Virus record (IMG/VR): IMGVR_UViG_3300020084_000003
Span: 62,001 to 126,000 of that record
Direction: 5' to 3' (one strand)
Length of the DNA stretch: 64,000 nucleotides
Position 1 is the stretch's first letter; the number at the start of each line of letters is the position of its first letter. The translations under genes were made by a program, and so were the position numbers. A model generated the notes under the pieces. It did not search any database. It was given only the letters and a program-made list of their open reading frames with translations, and was not told the DNA's origin. Below are positions 40,374-49,306 of this stretch, in pieces.

Positions 40374-41483
40374 TTAGAACATTGGACTGTCTGGAACAGT
40401 AGTCGCAATCTCAGTATAGTGTAATAGTTCTAGTTTATTCACTACACCATCTGTTACTCTAATTGTTCCGTATCGTTTGAACCATGTTGAATAAATTCTG
40501 TCTAGAAAGATTTTAAGCTTTTCTTTATCTTGTTCAGATGCTTCCATTTCATCTGATACGCCTAGAAGAATTACCTCTTCAACCATTTCATGGTCAAACT
40601 TGATATGCTCAATGCCTGTTTTTGCTTCCATATATTTGTTAGTAATTCCGACTAATGAAAGATATGATATCGTGAGAATATCCCATTCAAGATAAGTCAT
40701 ACCAAGTTGGTCTTCATCTGAATTTGAAATGCCTAATCCGTCCGTAGGGACAACGCGCCAGAACTTTTCGGGCAGACCTAGCTCTTGTGCAATTACAGGA
40801 ATTTCTGTGGATTTGAAGAAGCTTTGTAGAGGGGCAAAGTCTCCCACATCACCGTTCACTGTGAATAAGCCTGCTGAATATTCTGAGAAATTGTCAGTGC
40901 TTACCACAATGCCATTTACAGACTTGGCAGCATCATACAGGTATGTCATACGCAGTCTAGCATATACATTTCCCCTACGTATATTGTAATCACTGGAATT
41001 TTCAGAATCTAATCCAATATCATCTACCATAACACTTGCTGCATAAGTCAAATCTTTGTAGTTGAGTTTAATGCCAAGAAATTCACACACTTCTTTTGCA
41101 AGATCGACTTCTTTTGGTTTTTGATTAATAGGAAGGGTATATGCGTGAATTTTAATGTCTGAGTTTTTTGCTTGTGCTGCTTTAAGAACGGCTAGAACGG
41201 TTGCGGAATCTGCGCCACCTGAAACGCCTACAACAAAGTTTGTAATGCCCGTTGCATCAACATAATCTATAACTGAACTTACAACATAATCCGTAATATC
41301 TTGCTCATGTCCATGATAAAAATATAGTGGTTTACAAACTACGCTTTTTAGCATATGGTGCATCCAAGGGCTTAGTGGTTCTGCTTCATTCTGTCGGGAG
41401 TTGTAAAGAATTCGTTCAAAAATCCCGTTGTCATATTCGATTGCAGCATTGGTAGCATTTTCTAGCATAGATTTTACATCCAT
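40374..41483 (-). CDS. nadE: NH3-dependent NAD+ synthetase (NadE family); ATG at 41483 preferred over TTG at 41498
   Basis: GVSGGADS PP-loop, GNVYARLRMTYLY, STDNFSE, GDVGDFAPL, PTDGL..SDEDQLG. Confidence 0.88.
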   Translation of the reverse strand: MDVKSMLENATNAAIEYDNGIFERILYNSRQNEAEPLSPWMHHMLKSVVCKPLYFYHGHEQDITDYVVSSVIDYVDATGITNFVVGVSGGADSATVLAVLKAAQAKNSDIKIHAYTLPINQKPKEVDLAKEVCEFLGIKLNYKDLTYAASVMVDDIGLDSENSSDYNIRRGNVYARLRMTYLYDAAKSVNGIVVSTDNFSEYSAGLFTVNGDVGDFAPLQSFFKSTEIPVIAQELGLPEKFWRVVPTDGLGISNSDEDQLGMTYLEWDILTISYLSLVGITNKYMEAKTGIEHIKFDHEMVEEVILLGVSDEMEASEQDKEKLKIFLDRIYSTWFKRYGTIRVTDGVVNKLELLHYTEIATTVPDSPMF

Positions 41484-41494
41484 GTGTCTTCCTT

Positions 41495-41995
41495 TCAAAT
41501 AAAATTTTCTAAGTAGTATTTAATCTCTGGTATCTGAGTCGCAAAATTAAATACTGGAATGTTATACAACTTGGCGATGCGAATCGCTTGGGCTGTCCCA
41601 CCTGTCATCTCACCATTTGGCGTCCAGCACAATATGAAAGATGCAGGCGTTTTAAGATCATCTCCTAACACCTGATTTGCATTTCTTGACATATATAACT
41701 GACCGTCTTCGTTGAGCCTGTTTGGTTTCGGATGCAGCTTTTTGGTGTAGTAGTCGTTAAAGGGTGGAATGATATAATCCTTACCGTTGACGAATTTTTT
41801 CTGAAACCCATCGAACGGAAGGTATATCCGTCTACCCTCTGGTGGTGCGCCTTCTTCAAAGAAAGAATCTGCACCAGCCGCACCGCCAGACCTTAGTATA
41901 TAACCTTTCTCATAAAGAAAAGTTGCAGTGTTTGCCATGATAGATTTGAACTTAGTAGGAGTCGCGCGACTTCCTATTCCTGCATAATACTTCAT
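41495..41995 (-). CDS. SLOG/DprA-like Rossmann-fold nucleotide-binding protein
   Basis: YAGIGSRATP, LRSGGAAGADSFFE, RNANQVLG, GGTAQAIRIA..IPVFN. Confidence 0.75.
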   Translation of the reverse strand: MKYYAGIGSRATPTKFKSIMANTATFLYEKGYILRSGGAAGADSFFEEGAPPEGRRIYLPFDGFQKKFVNGKDYIIPPFNDYYTKKLHPKPNRLNEDGQLYMSRNANQVLGDDLKTPASFILCWTPNGEMTGGTAQAIRIAKLYNIPVFNFATQIPEIKYYLENFI

Positions 41996-42390
41996 GGGTG
42001 AAGAGACATATCACTCAGAACAAATTTCACTTGATCCATTACATTCTCATCTGCGTATACATACGCACACGTGGCAATGTTTAGATAATGAATTGCAGTG
42101 CCATCAATGAGTGGATAGGTTGGATCGACAACCAAATCTGCGAGAATATTACCCATAGACCAAAGCATTGAGATTTTCTTTTCAATGTTAGAAATAGAAC
42201 CTCCGTCCAGAACATACACTGTTCCAAAACCTTGATTAGTTTCTTGGGTCCAAGAAGAAATATCTTTGCCAACTTTGGCGGCATTATTTACAAACGCATT
42301 AGAGGCATGGCTTGCTTGAGCCATCATTTTTCCTGCATTGGCCGAATTCATGTCTGTTCTCATTATGATGTATAGAACTGATTTTGTCAT
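41992..42390 (-). CDS. Peptidyl-tRNA hydrolase type 2 (Pth2)-like protein
   Basis: YIIMRTDM..AGKMMAQASHAS signature. Confidence 0.7.
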   Translation of the reverse strand: MTKSVLYIIMRTDMNSANAGKMMAQASHASNAFVNNAAKVGKDISSWTQETNQGFGTVYVLDGGSISNIEKKISMLWSMGNILADLVVDPTYPLIDGTAIHYLNIATCAYVYADENVMDQVKFVLSDMSLHP

Positions 42391-42394
42391 TTAT

Positions 42395-42820
42395 TTAATC
42401 CGATAGTTTTTCGTCAATTATCTTGCCTGCAAGCTTCATGTCTACTGATTGCCCATACTTAGCCTTGACCTCTTTCATATACAGACCTTTGTTGGGGTTG
42501 TCAAGTGAAATAGAGTTGATGAAGGCACGAAGATCATCTTCGCTGACCATCTGCGGAAGATACAATTCTAAAATCTCATTTTGAAATGATAGGCTTGCAT
42601 TCGTCGCTTCTGATTTAGATACTTCCAGAATTTCATTATTTTTCTGAATAATCTTCTTGATAGCTGCAATGGCTTCATCATCCGTAGTCTCACGGTTGCC
42701 AGCATTTTTACCAATAGCCTCTAGAGAGCCAATCACAAAGCTTAGAAATGATGCCACATCTTTTTGTTTATTTTTAAGTGCCGAAACTCTGGCAGCTTTA
42801 ATATCTGATATTACTGACAT
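42395..42820 (-). CDS. GatB/YqeY-domain protein
   Basis: ALKNKQK.., ILELYLPQMVSEDDL, GLYMKEVKAKYGQSVDMK. Confidence 0.8.
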   Translation of the reverse strand: MSVISDIKAARVSALKNKQKDVASFLSFVIGSLEAIGKNAGNRETTDDEAIAAIKKIIQKNNEILEVSKSEATNASLSFQNEILELYLPQMVSEDDLRAFINSISLDNPNKGLYMKEVKAKYGQSVDMKLAGKIIDEKLSD

Positions 42821-43089
42821 TTTACTTTCCTTTTAAATTTATTAAAATACTTACTATCGACTTTGTTAATTGATACCCTACCAGATTTTAAATCGTCCCT
42901 GATTTGTTGGAATTCGTTTTCAATCCAAAGATCAACATGACCATTTTCATCCACAATATCATAAATTGAATATTTGTGTAGAAAGCCATTATGTCCCGGT
43001 AGATTGGTTTCAATTACAATGCCGCTGATGCAACCTTCATTGTCATTCCAGTGAAAATCCCACCAAATATCCCAAGGACGATTTTGCAT
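42811..43089 (-). CDS. Hypothetical protein
   Basis: ORF packed within the minus-strand operon. Confidence 0.55.
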   Translation of the reverse strand: MQNRPWDIWWDFHWNDNEGCISGIVIETNLPGHNGFLHKYSIYDIVDENGHVDLWIENEFQQIRDDLKSGRVSINKVDSKYFNKFKRKVKCQ

Positions 43090-43093
43090 TTAT

Positions 43094-43354
43094 TTACTCC
43101 ATACCAACGGCAGATTTATATGTTTCTAGAAGAGCTTGCTCTTCCTCAACTGCTGCACGATCACGGGCGCGAAGCTTTACAACCATACCCATAATTTTTG
43201 TATCATACCCTCGCGCCTTGCACTCAGCTTTATGCTCCTTCATGCGGGTAGATACTTCCTTTTTATCGGCATCAATTCCTTCCCAAATTTCAATCATTTG
43301 AAGAAGTTCGCCACTAGCATTTGCGTAGTCGATATCATCGTTTTCATCACTCAT
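43094..43354 (-). CDS. gapR: GapR/DUF2312-family DNA-binding protein
   Basis: ELLQMIE..DKKE..KAECKARGYDTKIM..VVKLR..EEEQALLETYKSAVGM matches the GapR pattern. Confidence 0.82.
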   Translation of the reverse strand: MSDENDDIDYANASGELLQMIEIWEGIDADKKEVSTRMKEHKAECKARGYDTKIMGMVVKLRARDRAAVEEEQALLETYKSAVGME

Positions 43355-43368
43355 ATTATATTCCTTTA

Positions 43369-43911
43369 TTAACGTAGTTTAAGATGTTCTTCTGTTCCAG
43401 TTTCAAACATATTGCGGACACGCTCAGTAGAAACGGCACGGTAATTTTCGAGATTAATTTTGGGATATCCCATCATGTTGAGAAAAAACCCAGATGGCAT
43501 ATTGCCAAGTTTAATTTTATAATCCCTGACTGCATCAATCATGCGAGTTTGTTCACGTTGAAAGTCTTTGCGTCCACTTTCCATAAGCTGCTGTAGCTTG
43601 ACGTAAACAGTAGAGTCGATGTTAGGATTATCTTCTGCAATTGCTTGAAAGACTGCTTGCGATCCGTTTTCACCATAACGACCTTCAAGGGCGGCAGTAA
43701 TAACTTCACGCAAGTCATCACGTTGCATCTCTGGAACCTGTGCTGCCTCAAAAATGAGGTTTTGATACTGAGATGCAATGTTTACAGCATTATCTTGAAT
43801 TGCAACGATATTTTGTTCAAAGCGATTGCCCATGTTGTTGTATGATACAACAGTCAAGAAAATTGCACCAATGATGACGATAATAGCACCAATACCAATA
43901 AGACTTTTCAT
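43369..43911 (-). CDS. LemA-like membrane-anchored protein
   Basis: N-terminal TM followed by SYNN; helical body; FP-like MPSGFFL near the C-terminus. Confidence 0.55.
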   Translation of the reverse strand: MKSLIGIGAIIVIIGAIFLTVVSYNNMGNRFEQNIVAIQDNAVNIASQYQNLIFEAAQVPEMQRDDLREVITAALEGRYGENGSQAVFQAIAEDNPNIDSTVYVKLQQLMESGRKDFQREQTRMIDAVRDYKIKLGNMPSGFFLNMMGYPKINLENYRAVSTERVRNMFETGTEEHLKLR

Positions 43912-43923
43912 TTACAATCCCTT

Positions 43924-45036
43924 TCAAAAAATTTCATTACGACAGAAGAAATAAGTCACAGCCGGGGTGACGATTAGAGTTATAACCCACAAAAGAATGT
44001 AGCTGAACCACGATAGTTTAACATCATATTTAAGATAGTCAAACTTTGCTGGATCAGGCTCAACATAGTTGGAATTTATAATCGACCCAACTGTTTGCAA
44101 ATCCTCATAGAGTGAGTTTATATTTTTGTTGACAAAATGATCCTTAATCAGCACTTCAACAGAGCTAGATTCGGACCAACTGAACACTCTCACATATTGA
44201 TACATGTTGTCTGGTTTGTCAAGCCCCAATACGACCACAACATCATTTAGCCTAAAACCATCCCATTTTACCTGCAAAGACGTGGCAAAATCCTCTGGAT
44301 ACTCAGTTACATAAACAATTAGGTTCGCATTGTTGGACATGGCAGAGTTGATTTCGGATAGACGCCTGTTGTGTTCTTTTAAAAATTCTGGCGATACGTC
44401 ATGAGTGAAGACAACCCTATCAATATTATAGTAGTCATAGATGGCAGGCATTTTAACTTTGAGTTCGGGATAGGCATCATCTGAGTGACGAAACAGAGTA
44501 TCCGACGCCGCTTTTACATAATTTGTATAAGATTTCGTGGAGGTTACAGGATCATTCCTTTTTGCATTTTTGTAGAACGGAGGTTCATATACGCCCTGTT
44601 GGTCAACTCGTTCGATCTTGTAATCACCGAGCGTTGTTTTCACATAATACTTTCTCTCCCAAGGATACTTAGGATAGTATTGTGTTTCAAAGTATGTTTC
44701 AGTTTTCATATTACCATCTGCATCGCGGGCGAGGCGAGTTTTAGTAACTGTTCTGGTATAATGAACTTCACACCATGAGTCCTTACTAGTAGACCACGTT
44801 TGCATACACGATCTTTGAACCATTTGTTTGTCAGATACAACACCGTTGACGTGCATGGTATCTGTGACCTGTGAGTAATTATCAATCAAAATGACGCCTG
44901 AAACTACAACAAGTGTCGCTACAAGCTGAACCAGTAGCTCTTTCACACTATATTTACAACTTAAAACATAGTGTGAAACTACCATCACTAGTAGAGCCGG
45001 AATGAAAAACAAAAAGAAATTTAAAAGCATTATCAA
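43924..45036 (-). CDS. Membrane protein (2 N-terminal TMs + 1 C-terminal TM) with large extracytoplasmic domain
   Basis: Hydrophobic segments; NDVVVVLG motif reminiscent of TPM domains. Confidence 0.6.
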   Translation of the reverse strand: MIMLLNFFLFFIPALLVMVVSHYVLSCKYSVKELLVQLVATLVVVSGVILIDNYSQVTDTMHVNGVVSDKQMVQRSCMQTWSTSKDSWCEVHYTRTVTKTRLARDADGNMKTETYFETQYYPKYPWERKYYVKTTLGDYKIERVDQQGVYEPPFYKNAKRNDPVTSTKSYTNYVKAASDTLFRHSDDAYPELKVKMPAIYDYYNIDRVVFTHDVSPEFLKEHNRRLSEINSAMSNNANLIVYVTEYPEDFATSLQVKWDGFRLNDVVVVLGLDKPDNMYQYVRVFSWSESSSVEVLIKDHFVNKNINSLYEDLQTVGSIINSNYVEPDPAKFDYLKYDVKLSWFSYILLWVITLIVTPAVTYFFCRNEIF

Positions 45037-45533
45037 GTCCTTTTTGATTTATGATGCACTGCAACTACCGTGCGTTGAAATTTGCGAAACATCCTCTCTT
45101 GAACATTCATGTATTCAATCGAAGTCATGAATGCAATCAAAGCAAACGCACAGAATGTCAGAAAGATAGGAACTAGCGTAGGGAAGTATGCAATACACAG
45201 ACCCACGATAGAAAAAATTGAAATCCATCGAAACACGTTGAAAAATATGATGGTGTTGTCATCATACTCCATAAGGGTCAGTTTGCCTTCTTTAATTTTC
45301 TTGGCATATACTTCAACTGTCTTACGGATAATAGTTTCATTTTCTAGAAATTCTTTATCATCTAGTTTAAGAAGAGGGGCGTGATGCATTGTCACTAGGT
45401 AGAAACTGAGGCTCTTAAATAAGTTAAGACCCATAGAAAAAATAAGAAAATAGGTTAGGGCAGTAAATGCCCCAAAATACAGAAACGATCCTACGATTAT
45501 AGGGAACCCAAATAGTGTAAGAAAAATTTTCAT
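45033..45533 (-). CDS. Hypothetical membrane protein
   Basis: About four hydrophobic segments; SD GGGGA. Confidence 0.6.
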   Translation of the reverse strand: MKIFLTLFGFPIIVGSFLYFGAFTALTYFLIFSMGLNLFKSLSFYLVTMHHAPLLKLDDKEFLENETIIRKTVEVYAKKIKEGKLTLMEYDDNTIIFFNVFRWISIFSIVGLCIAYFPTLVPIFLTFCAFALIAFMTSIEYMNVQERMFRKFQRTVVAVHHKSKRT

Positions 45534-45562
45534 TTTATATCCCCTTAAATAAGGAAGGTTGC

Positions 45563-46531
45563 TTACGCAACCTTCGCCATGTCAAGTGCAAGAGTAAGGG
45601 CTTGCTGTTTCACATTGGAGTTTTTACCAAACCAAGCCGATTCAAGACGAGTATCGTTTTCACGACCAAGAACGTGATCGGTTGCGTAAGTAACAGCGTT
45701 GAACGCCTGCCAGAAGGTTCCAGCTTGATACTCAGCGCCCGGTTGATTTTCGATCAGGTCCATGACAATCTGACCATTCCGAGAAAGGTCTTTGCCTTCC
45801 ATTTCAGATTTACCAAAAAGAGTGCCATAGTATTCGGTCAGAGCTTCTTTGGTGAATTTCTTCGAACCAAGGAATTCAGCAGCTTCCTTGAAGTTATTCA
45901 GTTTGTCGGAAGAAACACCAAGGATGGATTTGACGCGATCAGCATCAAAGACCGAGCGGTGGTTGATTTTCACAGCATTTTTTCCGCGTTCTGCCAGAGC
46001 CATAGTCAGGGTGTTATTGCAAACAACACGCTCGGCGCAGAAACGGATATCAATCGACTTACCGTAAAGGTGCGGGTTGCTGAAAAGCAGGTAGCCTTTC
46101 ACTTCATCGCCGTTGAAGAGGGTGAAGCCATCCTTGATCGAAGCAAGCGCCCAGACAATGCGGCCATCTTTCAGCGCACCAGCGGTATCCATAACCATGT
46201 CGCCTTTTTCAACAAAATCGTGGAAGAAGTTGAATGCTTCGCTGTTTTGAACTTCTTTCCAGTTTTCACCAACAATAGTCATGATCTTGCCGTCGCTATC
46301 GCGAACAAGAGCATCTTTTCCGGTTTTGACCCGTTGCAGGCCAGCGCCAAAATCACCTTCAATGAACATCTCATGTTTGCTCACGGTCCAATCAAGGTTG
46401 GCAGCTTTCATGATTTCTGCGGGAGTCATATCATCACCGACAGGAACACCAAGGCCATGCCAAGGTTTGCCATTGCTGGCGCGATAAGCCATAGAAGCGG
46501 TGCCGTTGCTCAGGATTTCAAGTTCATGCAT
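45563..46531 (-). CDS. DUF932/DUF945-family protein (start at ATG 46531)
   Basis: PWHGLG, LDWTV, VQNSEAFNFF, TAGALKDGRIVWALA, RVVCNNTL, WQAFNAVTYATDH; AGGAG SD precedes 46531. Confidence 0.85.
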   Translation of the reverse strand: MHELEILSNGTASMAYRASNGKPWHGLGVPVGDDMTPAEIMKAANLDWTVSKHEMFIEGDFGAGLQRVKTGKDALVRDSDGKIMTIVGENWKEVQNSEAFNFFHDFVEKGDMVMDTAGALKDGRIVWALASIKDGFTLFNGDEVKGYLLFSNPHLYGKSIDIRFCAERVVCNNTLTMALAERGKNAVKINHRSVFDADRVKSILGVSSDKLNNFKEAAEFLGSKKFTKEALTEYYGTLFGKSEMEGKDLSRNGQIVMDLIENQPGAEYQAGTFWQAFNAVTYATDHVLGRENDTRLESAWFGKNSNVKQQALTLALDMAKVA

Positions 46532-46571
46532 TATAAATACTCCTATAAGGTTTGTGTCTTTCGATACAGAA

Positions 46572-46602
46572 CTTATAACCGATTCGGATGTAACTGTCAA
46601 CC
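46572..46602 (-). promoter_or_regulatory. Sigma70-like early promoter
   Basis: Minus strand GGTTGACA-N17-TATAAG. Confidence 0.7.
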
Positions 46603-46625
46603 ACTCATTTTAAGATCGTGTCGTT

Positions 46626-46970
46626 TTAGTGCATGGCCGTAGAAATCATGGGAACGCTATGGATCATGTTTCCGGCCCACTCATTGTAGCCACTCTTTAG
46701 AATCTCTTGATATGATGCGAACTTATTTGATTCGTTTTCAACTTTTAGTTCGAATATTTTGCACTTTTCAATCTCCTTTGGTCGCAAGACTTCTTTTAGA
46801 AACTCGCTGGCAACCTCTTCGGATGAAAATTTAGTAGTTTGTTTAATGATAAACGGATGCTCTTCGTCCTGTTCATCTAGTGTGAAAAGAAGTTGTGTAT
46901 TGTATCCATTAAGACTTTCGCCAAGAGCGGCAAAAATTCCTCTTTCTTTATGTATGATAATATATGACAA
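46626..46970 (-). CDS. Hypothetical protein
   Basis: ORF with GGAGG SD, in the operon downstream of DUF2786. Confidence 0.6.
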   Translation of the reverse strand: MSYIIIHKERGIFAALGESLNGYNTQLLFTLDEQDEEHPFIIKQTTKFSSEEVASEFLKEVLRPKEIEKCKIFELKVENESNKFASYQEILKSGYNEWAGNMIHSVPMISTAMH

Positions 46971-46972
46971 TT

Positions 46973-47707
46973 TTATCCTCCAATTTTCAATACTTTTTTA
47001 TCTTCAAATTTACGGTGAAGCTCAACTCGCTCACCAGCTTCAACTCCCTTTTCAAAGGAATCATCTTTATTGTATTTAACCACTGAGGTTGACTTTTCAC
47101 TAAAGCTTGCGGTGGCCTCTTCATACAGTTTCGCAACCAAAGCATTTTTAACTACAATAAGTTCCGTAGAGCTAGAATTTTGTTTTTCAGCTTCCATCAG
47201 TTCATTGATTTTGTTGCAAATTGAAGCGGACATACCGATAGAAAAATTCTTCATACGATTGCCGTGAATTTTTTCTTCACTGGATGCAACATATTTTGCC
47301 CATTCAATTTTCAGGGCGCTTTTTGCAATATTAAGAATGTAGATAGCCAATTCAACATCGACTTTGTGACCAAAGAACATAAGTTGCTTTGCTTCACGTT
47401 CATATTTTTCTTTATTGTGCTTACGTTTGGTGATAACAACTGCTTTAGTGTTAGTATAATCTGCAATTTTTTTGGCAATGGTCCGTTCAAAAGAACCCAA
47501 TTTGACGGTTGGAACAGGATCGTTGGACCCCCAAACATAATCGCCAAGATTGACTTTGCGCTGCTTGATATCATCCATAGTCAGACCATGTTTAGCCATG
47601 AGTTTTTTAGCTAATGCAATAGCTTGCATGGCTTCTGCTTCGGATGCCCCATTTTCAATGGTCTTGTTGAAAAGACTGCGAATCTGTTCGATTTTCATAT
47701 CAGACAT
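46973..47707 (-). CDS. DUF2786-domain protein
   Basis: IRSLFNKT..GASEAEAMQAIALAKKLMAKHGL N-terminus; FFGHKVDVE. Confidence 0.75.
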   Translation of the reverse strand: MSDMKIEQIRSLFNKTIENGASEAEAMQAIALAKKLMAKHGLTMDDIKQRKVNLGDYVWGSNDPVPTVKLGSFERTIAKKIADYTNTKAVVITKRKHNKEKYEREAKQLMFFGHKVDVELAIYILNIAKSALKIEWAKYVASSEEKIHGNRMKNFSIGMSASICNKINELMEAEKQNSSSTELIVVKNALVAKLYEEATASFSEKSTSVVKYNKDDSFEKGVEAGERVELHRKFEDKKVLKIGG

Positions 47708-47746
47708 AGAAAACTCTCCTATCAGGATGGAATTACAATATGTCTC

Positions 47747-47777
47747 TGTCTAGCATGTCTGATTCTGGTTGTCAACC
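47747..47777 (-). promoter_or_regulatory. Sigma70-like early promoter with alphaproteobacterial-type -10
   Basis: Minus strand GGTTGACA-N15-GCTAGACA. Confidence 0.6.
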
Positions 47778-48092
47778 ACAATCTATCTTGGCTACACCTG
47801 TTTTGATTTCGTTCTCTGCATACATGTCACCCACACGTGCAACCCCTCGACCTTCTACCTTGACCTTTGAAGAGAATGTTGTCAAGAGGCTTCTATCTAA
47901 ATTGGTTGGATTACACCCTGCTCTTAGATGCGGAGTAATCATATCGCCTTCGCGGACGACGCCATGCCCATTTACTTTAACTTTTTCTGAACATTCATTT
48001 GTGGATGTAATCAATGGGAAGGCGCAGTTGTTTCTTGCGCCATCCGGTGATTCTACCTCACATGTTTCATTTCCTGTTACTAATAGTGGCAT
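47772..48092 (-). CDS. PAAR-like spike-tip protein (T4 gp5.4-like)
   Basis: SEKVKVNGHGVVREGD..H..C..SSKVKVEGRGVARVGD. Confidence 0.8.
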   Translation of the reverse strand: MPLLVTGNETCEVESPDGARNNCAFPLITSTNECSEKVKVNGHGVVREGDMITPHLRAGCNPTNLDRSLLTTFSSKVKVEGRGVARVGDMYAENEIKTGVAKIDCG

Positions 48093-48104
48093 GGCGTCCT
48101 TCCT

Positions 48105-48839
48105 TTATGCTGCCATTACGTCTTCTTCTGCAAGAATAAACGCTTTAACCAGACCTGATCTTACAACGTCTTCGACATTGAATTTAACAGTTCTGAATTC
48201 AGGAATAGTTGACAATACTTGCAAGAAGTCACCAAGTCCTGATTTATCGTTTCTATTCTTACCGGCTTTTAGATCGTCCTGCTTTGTGTCACCGCAGAAA
48301 ATGATCTTTGAGTTATTACCTACGCGAGTAATAATTGATCTTAATTCGTCATAGTTAGCATTTTGGCATTCATCAAAAATGATAATAGCATTGTCAAAGG
48401 TTAGACCTCTTACGAATGATGAACTCATAAATGTGATAACGCCCTTGTCTTTCAATTGCTTGTAAGCATCTTTTTTACCAAACAATTCGTTGACGATATC
48501 GCAGTATGGACCTTCATAGTAAGACATTTTTTCGTCCAATGTTCCCGGCATAAAACCTTGATCCCTGCTTTGAACGGCTGTTCTGATAATAATTAGTCTT
48601 TCGTAATTCTTTTCATTTATAATATCATCTAGAGCCAAATACAATGCACACATTGTTTTTCCGGTGCCAGCGGTGCCTATTGCAGCCATACTATAATTGT
48701 CATCATAGAAATCAAACATTGTCTCCTGAGTTTTAGTAATGGGATACAACTCTTTCAAAGATAGTCTTGACTGACTAACATACTCGTTATGAGTTGCTAC
48801 ACGGGTATTGCGCTGTTTTCTAGTTAGTTTTTTTGACAT
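48105..48839 (-). CDS. phoH: PhoH-family ATPase
   Basis: GTAGTGKT, GFMPGTLDEK, FVRGLTFD, DECQN, TRVG, GDTKQDDL, DVVRSGLV. Confidence 0.95.
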   Translation of the reverse strand: MSKKLTRKQRNTRVATHNEYVSQSRLSLKELYPITKTQETMFDFYDDNYSMAAIGTAGTGKTMCALYLALDDIINEKNYERLIIIRTAVQSRDQGFMPGTLDEKMSYYEGPYCDIVNELFGKKDAYKQLKDKGVITFMSSSFVRGLTFDNAIIIFDECQNANYDELRSIITRVGNNSKIIFCGDTKQDDLKAGKNRNDKSGLGDFLQVLSTIPEFRTVKFNVEDVVRSGLVKAFILAEEDVMAA

Positions 48840-48982
48840 AAATGCTCTCCTATTTGACGATAGTGCGCCAATTGCTAATTTGTCGTTATGACCCAGACAT
48901 GTTTAAGGGTCGTGAAAATTCACGTTATTCATAATATAAAACAAAGGTAAAAGTGCGTATATGATACCCACCACTACCAATC

Positions 48983-49219
48983 TTATTTTACATCTACTGT
49001 TGAGTATTTGTGATTTTCTTTTACTTTACTAAGAACTTCTTTGAAGCCAGCATCATGCTTACGGACGCCAAGCTTTACAGGGTCAATGAATGCAGGAAAT
49101 TTATTAAAAATTTGCTTCATGTGCTTGTTCTCTTCAAGATATTCTTCTCGTTCTTTCATGGAAAGGGAGATTTCGAATTCTTCACCTGTTTCGGTGTTTC
49201 TCATAGAATATAAGGGCAT
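48983..49219 (-). CDS. Conserved T4-like-phage small protein (FmdB-like MPLY N-terminus)
   Basis: MPLYSMRNTETGEEFE..GFKEVLSKVK; GAGG SD before ATG 49219. Confidence 0.6.
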   Translation of the reverse strand: MPLYSMRNTETGEEFEISLSMKEREEYLEENKHMKQIFNKFPAFIDPVKLGVRKHDAGFKEVLSKVKENHKYSTVDVK

Positions 49220-49250
49220 TTGTTTCCTCTCACTATTTTCTTTATACATT

Positions 49251-49258
49251 TATTTATA
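49251..49258 (-). promoter_or_regulatory. Late promoter (minus strand) upstream of the small gene-phoH-PAAR unit
   Basis: TATTTATA on + equals TATAAATA on -. Confidence 0.65.
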
Positions 49259-49306
49259 CGACGAGGCATCTTCATAATCTAAAATCAGTCATAAAAAAAG
49301 CGAGTA

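Noticed and set aside
46532-46539. Plus-strand TATAAATA next to the DUF932 start
   Set aside because: It points antisense into an early operon and lies in the AT-rich SD-ATG spacer; probably chance
45602-46642. 346-aa plus-strand ORF
   Set aside because: It is the antisense shadow of the well-supported DUF932 gene; no recognisable motifs or SD
47740-48354. 204-aa plus-strand ORF
   Set aside because: Antisense to PAAR and phoH; typical reverse-frame composition
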